Source: a virus
Lineage: Duplodnaviria; Caudoviricetes
Virus record (IMG/VR): IMGVR_UViG_3300047565_000055
Span: 1 to 34,126 of that record
DNA length: 34,126 nucleotides
Reading direction: 5' to 3' (one strand)
Both the position numbers and the translations under genes were made by a program. Shown piece after piece: positions 24,835-33,343 of the stretch. How positions within the stretch are numbered: position 1 is the stretch's first letter; the number at the start of each line of letters is the position of its first letter. The notes under the pieces are model-generated. The model was not told the origin of the DNA, did not search any database, and was given only the letters and a program-made list of their open reading frames with translations.

Positions 24835-25840
24835 AATTTAAAATGTCAACAATTTTTTCAAACTGTTCCAGATATTCGTCTTTTTTGCGCATGCCGAAAT
24901 TTCCTTCGACGCTAAAACCTTTAATAAATCCGTCCTTGATCATTTGCCACGCGACCGGATTTTCGACAAACATCGAACCAAATAGCGTTCCGTCTGCCAG
25001 ATCCTCAAAACCTTTCATTGGTCGGATGCCGCGCGACTTGTCCGATTGGAAAACCTCAAACAACGTTACTCCAGATACTTTCATATCTGCGTTATGCATC
25101 AAATTAACATTGTTGTGAAATCCTTTTTTAGCCATTTTAATGGCAATTTTTTTGATCGTTTCCGGTGAAAAAAAGACCTCGTATTCTCCCAACTCTGGAT
25201 CTGTCCGAAATATTCTTTGGTTGGCGATCATCAAAGGCCCGGATATTATGCGCTTTTCCTCGTCCTGGATCGCGAATCCTTTTCTATCGATTTGCGCCAA
25301 TTTACGTTCCGCCCATGCGATCCCCTCGTCGCCGCCCCAACAAAGCCACATTAAACGTCCGCACCCTTCGCCCAATGGACGATCTGAATTCTGTTTGTGC
25401 CTTTGAAACGCGGACATTCTGGCGATCGTTTCGCGCGACAATTTTTCTCGATTTGCGATTTGCGATGCGCGAATTTTACCGGTTGCCTCGCCACATTCTC
25501 CCCATCCGTTTTCCTCAACCCAACGCAAAGCCGTTTTAGCATTTTCGACGGCGGCCTCTGGATAATCATTCCAGGAATCTTCTGCAAAATGTTGCTGCCA
25601 CATTGATGAACAAATCGCGACGGCTTGCTCGTTGCTTTTGCCCTCATTGACAACGTACGAAATGCAACGCGGCATAAATTCAGTTTCATGTTCACCTTTC
25701 GCAGGCTCGACAAATTGATCATTGAATTTAACAAAATCTTTTTTGATTGCAGGACGATCGACCAGGGCCACCCAATCGACTTGTAAATCGGATTCCATAT
25801 CCTCGTCAATCAACATTTCATAAACCGGTAATTTTTTCAT
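24821..25840 (-). CDS. Prohead protease, XkdF-like, with internal inserted domains
   Basis: VALVDRPAIKKDF ... EKRIISGPLMIAN ... NVNLMHN ... IKGFSVEGNF. Confidence 0.8.
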   Translation of the reverse strand: MKKLPVYEMLIDEDMESDLQVDWVALVDRPAIKKDFVKFNDQFVEPAKGEHETEFMPRCISYVVNEGKSNEQAVAICSSMWQQHFAEDSWNDYPEAAVENAKTALRWVEENGWGECGEATGKIRASQIANREKLSRETIARMSAFQRHKQNSDRPLGEGCGRLMWLCWGGDEGIAWAERKLAQIDRKGFAIQDEEKRIISGPLMIANQRIFRTDPELGEYEVFFSPETIKKIAIKMAKKGFHNNVNLMHNADMKVSGVTLFEVFQSDKSRGIRPMKGFEDLADGTLFGSMFVENPVAWQMIKDGFIKGFSVEGNFGMRKKDEYLEQFEKIVDILNSTTF

Positions 25841-25860
25841 TATATCTTTTTTTAAAATTG

Positions 25861-27924
25861 TTATCCTAATCTTGCTGCCCTCTGCAAACGTACGTTACGT
25901 TCATCACTATTTCGTATGTCCGAATCCAAAACATACGCCCGATTTACGCCACCAGACGCCGCATTTCCGATTCCCTGGATGGATGCCGAATCCAATCCCA
26001 TCGTAGTTGCCTGCGGCCGTACCGGGGCCGGCAATGCCGCCGCCGTTGGAACGCCTCCGCCAGATCCACCCTGCCCAGGTACCTGGACGGCAAGTATTTT
26101 TTTAACGTTTGCTACCCCGGCCAATACTGCCAACCCTGCATTGATAGGGGCCAGAAACGGCCCGACGTATGGGATCCCGACAGTTGATTCATACGCCTTT
26201 TGCGCAGACGTGAAAGTTGAGATCGTAGCGGACGCAATCGCCAACGCCTTCCCGGCTGCGGTGTTTTTACCCAACAATTCAGCCGTCATATTCAACGTCG
26301 ACGCCACGGCGTCCGCCGCCTCGACTGTTGCAGCAATTTTAGCCCTGGCCAGATCACGTTCTGAAATCGCGATCGCCGTATTTATCGCCATCTCTTCGTT
26401 GGCGTATTTTTGTTTAATCTGGGTTGAATCCAGGCCGGCCTTTTCTTCGGCTGCGACCTCCGCATCTCGTTTGCGATGCAGTTCATTGATCTGGGCCGTC
26501 GCCTCCTCTTTTGCAATTTCAATCAATCGCTGCGCCTTGCTAAACGCGTCCATTCTTTCGGTGTCCAACAGTTGACGTTTGAGATTGAAAAACCCTTTTT
26601 CATTCTCCGCCCTTTGATCCAATACCGACTGTTCACGTTCCAACTTAATCTCTGCGACCTCTTTAATATACGCCGCATCCTCCAGATCCAGGGCTTGTTT
26701 TCTTTCGTTGAACGCGATTTCTGCATCAACGCGCGCCTGCGTTCCTGCGGTTGTCGCGTCAACATTTGCCTGCAATCTGGCCAACTCGATGGCCTTTTCT
26801 TCCTGGCGGATGGCGTTCAGCGTTTCCGCTTTTTGCAGTTCATCCGTGATCAATTCCGCAATCGCCTTGCGCCTTTCAAACGCTAAAACGCTTTCCGATT
26901 CCCTGGCGGACTTGATCATTTCGATCTGTTCTTTCAACAGTCCACGTTCATTCTGGATCTGTTCAGATCTCTGCCCGGCTATCTCCTCGCGCTTACCCTC
27001 CAACTCTGTTTCCGCTGCGATCAATGCCAATTTTGATTCCTTATTCCCGTTGGTTGCTGCGACCTCTGCCTGGGCCGCTTTGACTTTCAGTTGCGCCGCC
27101 TGCAATTCAAACGCCAACTGTTTGTTCAATATCTCGCCCAACTTCGTGTTGGCTGCTAATCGATCCTCGATCGACGCGAATTCGTTGTCGCGCACCTGGC
27201 GTTGTTCCTCCGCCAGACGTTTATAAATGGCTGCATTCTTTGCAGCATTGGCGGCGGCAAGTTCAGCCGAATTGTTTAAAGCCGTCTGGGCCTCTGCGGC
27301 TTTCCATGTTTCTGTTGCATAGTCCGCAATGGCACCGGCCGCGGTTGTGATAATGCCGGCCGTATCGTCTACGCCCGTTGCGACGTCAAGCATTTCCTTG
27401 CCGGCCTCTTTTACCGAATCAATGGCCGCGCTAAAATCGCCTTTGAATAAGTTCATTAACGCCGTCCCCAGATGCCCAAATACTTCGAGCAATGAATTGA
27501 ATCTTTCGATCAAGTTATTCTGGATCGCTTCGCCAAAATCAATGATTGCTTGTTTCGGATCCGCGAAAATGCTTTTGAACCATCCGATTATTGGGCCGAT
27601 ATTTTTTTGTAAAAATCCGATTAGGTCAGAAAACGCCCTGGTTAAAAAGTTCATCGCGGTTGTCATGAGATCCGCGATCACTTGATTTTTGCCCAAGGTT
27701 TCCTTGAATACCCCAAACGCGCCTTCAACTACTGAAATAATACCCAGGCCTTTCAATGCAGAACCCAAGCCGCTAAATGCGCTACTGCCTTTTTTCGCAT
27801 CCTCTCCGGCCCCCTCTGCGGCCTTGCCCGTCTTTTTAATCTCGTCCTGCGCTTTCTTAGCGGACGATTCCGCCGACGACGTGTCGTATTCTAATTTGGC
27901 TTTGATTTTAATTTGATCCGACAT
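25861..27924 (-). CDS. Tail tape measure protein
   Basis: 687 aa Ala/Glu-rich helical protein with hydrophobic segments near both ends. Confidence 0.8.
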   Translation of the reverse strand: MSDQIKIKAKLEYDTSSAESSAKKAQDEIKKTGKAAEGAGEDAKKGSSAFSGLGSALKGLGIISVVEGAFGVFKETLGKNQVIADLMTTAMNFLTRAFSDLIGFLQKNIGPIIGWFKSIFADPKQAIIDFGEAIQNNLIERFNSLLEVFGHLGTALMNLFKGDFSAAIDSVKEAGKEMLDVATGVDDTAGIITTAAGAIADYATETWKAAEAQTALNNSAELAAANAAKNAAIYKRLAEEQRQVRDNEFASIEDRLAANTKLGEILNKQLAFELQAAQLKVKAAQAEVAATNGNKESKLALIAAETELEGKREEIAGQRSEQIQNERGLLKEQIEMIKSARESESVLAFERRKAIAELITDELQKAETLNAIRQEEKAIELARLQANVDATTAGTQARVDAEIAFNERKQALDLEDAAYIKEVAEIKLEREQSVLDQRAENEKGFFNLKRQLLDTERMDAFSKAQRLIEIAKEEATAQINELHRKRDAEVAAEEKAGLDSTQIKQKYANEEMAINTAIAISERDLARAKIAATVEAADAVASTLNMTAELLGKNTAAGKALAIASATISTFTSAQKAYESTVGIPYVGPFLAPINAGLAVLAGVANVKKILAVQVPGQGGSGGGVPTAAALPAPVRPQATTMGLDSASIQGIGNAASGGVNRAYVLDSDIRNSDERNVRLQRAARLG

Positions 27925-27926
27925 GG

Positions 27927-29957
27927 TTAATAAATTCGATTAATAATTTTAAGTAGTTCAACATTGCAGACGTCCTCGTTGGTTGCGTTGAAATCCGTGA
28001 TTCGATTCAGTCGATATAGTACGCCATCAATCCAGATTAGCCGTGAAAAATCAATTTTATAAATATCTTTGAAGGCCAATTTCATGGTGCAAGTTAATAA
28101 CCTGGAATCCTTGTCCGTTATCTCTGCCATGTATGCACTCCAATAATTGTTAAATAAATTGTTTGCCGTATAGTTAGCCACCTGGAAATTTAATTCTTGC
28201 GGCGGCGAAAAACAAAGATCAAACGTTGGCGTTATCGGATCGTCGACGTGCCCGGCATATCCGTAACTTGTTAAACTGCCAACAGATGAACCATTGTTCA
28301 AAATGTTCCACGTGCCAACTCCGGTTATTTTTTTTGCCTGCATGATCCGTATAACCGAATCCATGCGATCCTCCGAATTGTTTGAATTCGACAATTTATA
28401 AATCGATGAAAATATTTTGTCCTTTCCGTTAAACTTTGTGATTACCGTGTTGGCGAATATCAATTCAACAGACGTTGTTTCCTTTGCGAATTCATATTCG
28501 GTGTCGAAAATATAATCGCCATAACCCTCGTTAAATTTCTTACGATAGTTTTCAGAAAAGAAATCGTTGTCGCTTTTGAACTTGTAATTGTAATAACGCG
28601 AATTAAGTTCCGACATCGGTTTGATTCTAATTGGCTTTGATCTGTCAACCTTTAACGACCAATCCACGGATGTTGCATCCTCGTAAAATGTAACAAACGG
28701 CAAAACCTTTAATTTTTTTTCCGTTTCGTAATCCTCAAAAACATAAAGGTTAAACATTTTGCAAATCGTCGAAAAAAACTCGCGTTGAAAAATTCCTTTC
28801 GGAATCGTATCGTTAACGGCGATCGTATCGTCATACCCAACAGATATAATTCCAGGCGTTGTTAATTCAATCTGAAACAATGTCCCCGTGTTTATCGAAT
28901 AGTCGCCAACGTTTGCGCTGACCTGGACGGATAATGTATCCGCCGGATTTATAGTAATATTGTTAACCGATAAAATCAAGATCGTTGCATATCCTGGCGT
29001 ATACGAAACAACATCCGCGGCGGTTGAAATCGTTGTTCCGTTTTTTTGCAAATTAACTCTAAACGTATTTAATACCGGATCTATTGCGTTGATCACGGCG
29101 TCAATTTCCAATATTATGTTTGTTGTGATCGCGGTTGCGCCGCCGTATGTAAATATTGTATTTCCGCCGCTTGCCGTGAAATCACCAGACGTTGAAACCG
29201 AAAAAACAATCGGTTGCGCCGAAAGATAATTCGTTGTTGTTGGTGTTGCTTGAAACGCCGTTGAATTATAACGATAAAGGTTCTTTTGATTGTGAGGAAC
29301 GATTAACCGATTAAACAACGCGGACGACAACGCCGGGAAATCCCAGGTATACCCAGACGCAGTTATCATTTTTTCCAGGATTTCCTTTGCGTATAATGCC
29401 GGACGGAATGTGTTAAACTCAAAATCTGTTTTCAAAGTTGACGCCGCGCCGTAATCAATTAACGGAAAATAAAGGCCGGCCCCTGCTATCGTGTTCCATG
29501 ATGCAGATATGTTCGCATAATTCCAAGCCGTATTGTATGCGCTGAAATCAAGTTCTTCAATTTTCTTATTTGCCAGGGCCGCAACAAATCCGCCCAACTC
29601 TCCAAATACTGCGCACTCATATTCTATAAAACCATCCTCGACAACAATTTCGAGGATCCGGAAAACGCCTTTGAACACTTGCATATTTTCCGCAAATATT
29701 ATCGCATCCGCTGAAATCGCAGGGTTGAAATTCATGCCAACATTTAATTCAGCCGGATTGTAATCGTTGCGCGCATTTATGTTGAATATGTTTCCAAATA
29801 TCTTGTTGTTGTTTTTGGTCCCTGGCAAAACAATCGTTTTTGAAAATGTTGTATTCTTTGCGCCAAAATCCTTGATGTCATCAATCGACATCGTTAGCAA
29901 TGTGCTAAACGATTCGTTAATGTCCACCGCTTGTTTTTCTACAAAAAGTTGGATCAT
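27927..29957 (-). CDS. Tail tip / baseplate hub protein
   Basis: SIDDIKDFGAKNTTFSKTIVLPGTKNNN, FRPALYAKEIL, DWSLKVD, IWIDGVLYRLNRI. Confidence 0.7.
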   Translation of the reverse strand: MIQLFVEKQAVDINESFSTLLTMSIDDIKDFGAKNTTFSKTIVLPGTKNNNKIFGNIFNINARNDYNPAELNVGMNFNPAISADAIIFAENMQVFKGVFRILEIVVEDGFIEYECAVFGELGGFVAALANKKIEELDFSAYNTAWNYANISASWNTIAGAGLYFPLIDYGAASTLKTDFEFNTFRPALYAKEILEKMITASGYTWDFPALSSALFNRLIVPHNQKNLYRYNSTAFQATPTTTNYLSAQPIVFSVSTSGDFTASGGNTIFTYGGATAITTNIILEIDAVINAIDPVLNTFRVNLQKNGTTISTAADVVSYTPGYATILILSVNNITINPADTLSVQVSANVGDYSINTGTLFQIELTTPGIISVGYDDTIAVNDTIPKGIFQREFFSTICKMFNLYVFEDYETEKKLKVLPFVTFYEDATSVDWSLKVDRSKPIRIKPMSELNSRYYNYKFKSDNDFFSENYRKKFNEGYGDYIFDTEYEFAKETTSVELIFANTVITKFNGKDKIFSSIYKLSNSNNSEDRMDSVIRIMQAKKITGVGTWNILNNGSSVGSLTSYGYAGHVDDPITPTFDLCFSPPQELNFQVANYTANNLFNNYWSAYMAEITDKDSRLLTCTMKLAFKDIYKIDFSRLIWIDGVLYRLNRITDFNATNEDVCNVELLKIINRIY

Positions 29958-31099
29958 TGGAATTGCGTTTTATACGTTACTCCAAAATCAACATCGATGG
30001 TTAAATTAATCAATCCGTCAACGATATGTTCTTTGAACTCATAGTTGTTTGCAATTATGATCACCGGATAAAGTTCCCCATCGTCCTCGACGTAAACCTC
30101 TGGCGACGTGATCAACTGCGCAAGCCATTGATATTCTGCATCCGTCAACCAATCTGTATTCATCCGCAATTTTTCCCGGAATCGTCCGGCAAACTGTGTC
30201 GTTTGTTTGTACATGGTGTAATTGTTCAAAACAGAAACCCCACCCGTTGCGCCTACCCGGTACGGCAATTGCTTAAACGTTTTGCGTTCGACGTCGTATG
30301 TTTTACGTGAAACCTTGTTGAACATCATGGTTTCATATCCGCCCCACTTATTCAAAAAATGAACGTTATAGTTTGTGTAAAGGCCAGAACAAAGGATATT
30401 AACGACGTAAGTTCTGGAACCTATGGCGACCGAATAAGTTGTTGTTGATGTCGTAAAGTTTCCGGGATAATCTCCATTAATCGCAGACGGTGAAATGTTG
30501 ATCAACTGCATTGTATTTGCCGCCGTCGGGGTTATCGTTTTAGTCCTGGTTGCAGTCCCACCCGTTACCACTACGTTAAACGGTGTCGCCACCTCTGCAA
30601 AGTATGGCACAAAATAATTGCCCGTCGTAAACGTCAAGTTGATTGCCGATGGACGATCTGAAATTACGTCGTCGTCATAATAGGATAATGATTCGTAACC
30701 TGGAAACCGTCCGTTATAATAGTTAAAATATACCCTGGATGAATCCGTTAACAATACCGCGGACGTCGTCGTCCCGTATTCCTCGCGGATATTTAAAACG
30801 CAGGAAACGCGCCATTTCCCTTCTCCCATTTCGTCCGCCAACATTTCGCCGCCAACATTTGCGCTAAACGATTGGACGCAATATTCACGGATCACGGCCC
30901 CCAGGTCAATGATCCCCCGGTTAGTTGTTGGATGCGGAAAATACTTCCCTTTGAAAACCTGGACGCCGTTTATTTCAAGTTCGGCCACGTATTTGTAATT
31001 GGGATAAGTTGTCGGATTTGCTGCATGCGCGTCGTATACCGTGTAAACCAGGGGATCGTTTACGCTTGAATATTGCACCGGTGTAAATTCAAATGTCAT
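29954..31099 (-). CDS. Distal tail-like structural protein
   Basis: VHFLNKWGGYE, LRMNTDWLTDAEYQWLAQLITSPEVY. Confidence 0.65.
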   Translation of the reverse strand: MTFEFTPVQYSSVNDPLVYTVYDAHAANPTTYPNYKYVAELEINGVQVFKGKYFPHPTTNRGIIDLGAVIREYCVQSFSANVGGEMLADEMGEGKWRVSCVLNIREEYGTTTSAVLLTDSSRVYFNYYNGRFPGYESLSYYDDDVISDRPSAINLTFTTGNYFVPYFAEVATPFNVVVTGGTATRTKTITPTAANTMQLINISPSAINGDYPGNFTTSTTTYSVAIGSRTYVVNILCSGLYTNYNVHFLNKWGGYETMMFNKVSRKTYDVERKTFKQLPYRVGATGGVSVLNNYTMYKQTTQFAGRFREKLRMNTDWLTDAEYQWLAQLITSPEVYVEDDGELYPVIIIANNYEFKEHIVDGLINLTIDVDFGVTYKTQFQ

Positions 31100-31719
31100 T
31101 TTGTGATATTGTTTATAATGTCAACGCGCAAAGCCGCGGACAATTCATCCTCGAAAATAGGGATAAATCGTTCCGTTGCATCACGCCAAAAATGCCGGGG
31201 TTTAATACCCTGGCGTTTAACCATGTACGCCATACTTACTGCCGCGCTTGTTGTTGGATCTGGCATCGCCTGGCCTTTCCTTTCTCTGTCTGTTACAGAC
31301 GTTTTAACGTTTCTCGCGCTTAACCCCTCGCGGCTTATGTAATCCTTTAAAGACTTAACCATTTCGCCGTCTGGATCAACCCCTTTCGTCGTATAGTTAA
31401 ACCTGGATCCGCGATCCACCGCCCACCCATTTACGCCCTCGTCGACGTATGACGTATATTCCAGGGCATTAATGCCAATTGATAAAACGTCGCCATTAAC
31501 TTGCAATTTCGTTGGCTTGATCTTGTCCTGCATGCGGCCAGAACTCGCGACGTCTTTTTTCTCGATTTCGTCATTGATCAAATCAATGTAAACCGCGGCC
31601 AATTTAACAAACGTGTTTTTCGTGTCTTTGAAATTGACCGGCTCAAAATCCGACGCCGATTCCGACGCCAGGTCGACGTCCGACAAATTTACAACCTCGT
31701 GAACGATACCGTTTGCCAT
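31096..31719 (-). CDS. Putative tail completion protein
   Basis: ASSGRMQDKI, YVDEGVNG, GIKPRHFW. Confidence 0.55.
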   Translation of the reverse strand: MANGIVHEVVNLSDVDLASESASDFEPVNFKDTKNTFVKLAAVYIDLINDEIEKKDVASSGRMQDKIKPTKLQVNGDVLSIGINALEYTSYVDEGVNGWAVDRGSRFNYTTKGVDPDGEMVKSLKDYISREGLSARNVKTSVTDRERKGQAMPDPTTSAAVSMAYMVKRQGIKPRHFWRDATERFIPIFEDELSAALRVDIINNITK

Positions 31720-32384
31720 TACTTGTTTATGTGTTTTTGATAGGAATTAAACGCCTTCAAATACGCCAAATCATTAAACGCCTGGACGACCGGCAAATCG
31801 AAAGCCGCATCTAACGTTATACCCTCATGCTCTGCCACTTGCTTTGCCGAATAGATCCAACCGTATTGATCAATGAACGGATGCGGTTTTTCTGGCTTTG
31901 CTATCTCGTCCCCGTCATCCTCGACCGGCTCCGATTCAAATAACCCTTTGTAAGAATTAACGAATTCCGAAAAAGAAATAAAGAATTTTGTTAGATCCTG
32001 CAATACATGGCGGACGTCCATTTTGAGCAATACGTCAGACTTCTCCATGTGCGGCCTCTTATCTTTCCAGATCGATGCCCCAACCAGATGCATTGAATCG
32101 ATCTGGCCTAATTTTATAAAATGCTGAACTTCGACAAACTGCCCCAGGGTGATTTTAGACGCGTCCGTTTCGAACTTGATCCGCGACCAGAAAGGTTTTT
32201 TGTCGATATTTTTAAACTGTCTGGCGGCCCGGTTGGAATATTTCAAAAACAGATTTGGATCCATTTGATCCACTTCGTTGTACGTCATGCCGTACATGTC
32301 CATTACAATCCATGCGATCTGTGAAACCTCGTCGTTTCCCTCGTTCCAGAATGTTGATATTCTTTGATAGTCCGCCAACGTCAT
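31719..32384 (-). CDS. Putative tail assembly chaperone
   Basis: ITLGQFVE; C-terminal YGWIYSAKQVAEHEGITLDAAFDLPVVQAFNDLAYLK. Confidence 0.5.
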   Translation of the reverse strand: MTLADYQRISTFWNEGNDEVSQIAWIVMDMYGMTYNEVDQMDPNLFLKYSNRAARQFKNIDKKPFWSRIKFETDASKITLGQFVEVQHFIKLGQIDSMHLVGASIWKDKRPHMEKSDVLLKMDVRHVLQDLTKFFISFSEFVNSYKGLFESEPVEDDGDEIAKPEKPHPFIDQYGWIYSAKQVAEHEGITLDAAFDLPVVQAFNDLAYLKAFNSYQKHINK

Positions 32385-32390
32385 GCCTAT

Positions 32391-32415
32391 TGTGGCAATT
32401 TCAGACCGTTTGTTG
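32391..32415 (-). promoter_or_regulatory. Putative late promoter CAACA-N12-TTGCCACA (tail unit)
   Basis: Between terminator and ATG 32384. Confidence 0.7.
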
Positions 32416-32421
32416 CGGCAT

Positions 32422-32444
32422 AAAAAAACCCGGCGTTTGCCGGG
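32422..32444 (-). terminator. Intrinsic terminator
   Basis: CCCGGC-AAAC-GCCGGG followed by T7. Confidence 0.8.
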
Positions 32445-32450
32445 CGTCTT

Positions 32451-32600
32451 TTATTTTCCTTGCAACTTTTTTAAATGATTCTTAACCGCCAGGGCAATCA
32501 TTTTGCGATTGTGATCTGTATTTGGAAATGAACATTTACCGGCAAATTTTAAAATCCTTGTTGCCTCTTCGATCGTCATTTTTTCGTTGAAAGTTATCAT
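32451..32600 (-). CDS. Small early hypothetical protein (cassette 3)
   Basis: Start MITFNEK behind TATCTTTG promoter. Confidence 0.65.
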   Translation of the reverse strand: MITFNEKMTIEEATRILKFAGKCSFPNTDHNRKMIALAVKNHLKKLQGK

Positions 32601-32614
32601 GTTGTATGTTTTAG

Positions 32615-32670
32615 GATTCAAAGATAAGGGATAAAACAATATGTTTAATAATATTTTAAAAATATTTTAA
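32615..32670 (-). promoter_or_regulatory. Bacteroidota-type early promoter with AAAACAATAT box
   Basis: TATCTTTG at 32619-32626 (- strand); shares GATTCAAAGATA with 10530-10541. Confidence 0.7.
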
Positions 32671-32673
32671 AAT

Positions 32674-32698
32674 AAAAAAACCCGGCTTTTTTGCCGGG
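32674..32698 (-). terminator. Intrinsic terminator
   Basis: CCCGGC-AAAAAA-GCCGGG followed by T7; near copy of 32422-32444. Confidence 0.8.
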
Positions 32699-32705
32699 CG
32701 TTGTG

Positions 32706-32912
32706 CTAATTAAGCCGAAACTGTGGGGCCATCGAGTACCGCCCGTATGGCATTATGAACTCCATGCCATTGTGTTTGTGGATCTTGCACCGGACGACCT
32801 CGCCTTTTTCGATCTTGACAAACGCCGTTTTTTCGGTACGCTTCAACAATACGACAGATACAAAAAGTTCACTATCTCCGATAAACCTGGTTGTTAATAC
32901 TTGATTTTCCAT
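32706..32912 (-). CDS. Small early hypothetical protein (cassette 2)
   Basis: Start MENQVL; C-terminal PYGRYSMAP. Confidence 0.7.
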   Translation of the reverse strand: MENQVLTTRFIGDSELFVSVVLLKRTEKTAFVKIEKGEVVRCKIHKHNGMEFIMPYGRYSMAPQFRLN

Positions 32913-32932
32913 GTGTGTGTTGTTATTTGTTT

Positions 32933-32988
32933 GGTAAAGATAAAACAATAATGTTAAATAAAGCAAATAAAACAATATCTTTTTTTTT
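32933..32988 (-). promoter_or_regulatory. Early promoter with two AAAACAATA boxes (near copy of 33233-33288)
   Basis: TTG...TATCTTTA on - strand. Confidence 0.65.
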
Positions 32989-33199
32989 AGATACTTTTTT
33001 TCTCGATCACGCCCTTGATGATTATGTACTTGACCGTTGTGTTTTGAGATACAAAGCAATCAATTCCGTTTGCGAAAAGGATCATTGCCATTACGTCGGC
33101 CTGCTTGAAATTGCAGTACGATTTTGGGAATAAACCGTATTTTGTTTCAACCGCGTAAGCATTAAGGCCGTTTCTTAATTTTACTGTTTTAATTTCCAT
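32987..33199 (-). CDS. Small early hypothetical protein (cassette 1)
   Basis: Start MEIKTVK behind duplicated promoter. Confidence 0.65.
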   Translation of the reverse strand: MEIKTVKLRNGLNAYAVETKYGLFPKSYCNFKQADVMAMILFANGIDCFVSQNTTVKYIIIKGVIEKKSI

Positions 33200-33232
33200 G
33201 ATCTTGTTTTTTTTGTGTGTTGTGATTTGTTT

Positions 33233-33288
33233 CATAAAGATAAAACAATATCGTTAAATTAGACAAGAAAAACAATATCTTTTTTTTA
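33233..33288 (-). promoter_or_regulatory. Early promoter with two AAAACAATAT boxes
   Basis: TTG...TATCTTTA on - strand. Confidence 0.65.
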
Positions 33289-33289
33289 A

Positions 33290-33320
33290 AATAAAAGAGG
33301 CCCAGGTAAAAACCCAGGCC
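33290..33320 (-). terminator. Intrinsic terminator after terL
   Basis: GGCCTGGGT-TTTT-ACCTGGGCC then TCTTTTATTTT. Confidence 0.7.
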
Positions 33321-33343
33321 GGCCAAAACTAACAACACAAAGG

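Noticed and set aside
25916-27916. Long + strand ORFs opposite the tape measure (also those opposite fibre, portal and capsid genes)
   Set aside because: Antisense shadows caused by codon bias of the - strand genes
31719-32384. Programmed frameshift in tail chaperone
   Set aside because: Single continuous ORF, not adjacent to the tape measure, no convincing slippery site seen
32600-33290. CRISPR-like mini-array
   Set aside because: Repeats are promoter and terminator elements separated by whole genes, not 30-40 bp spacers
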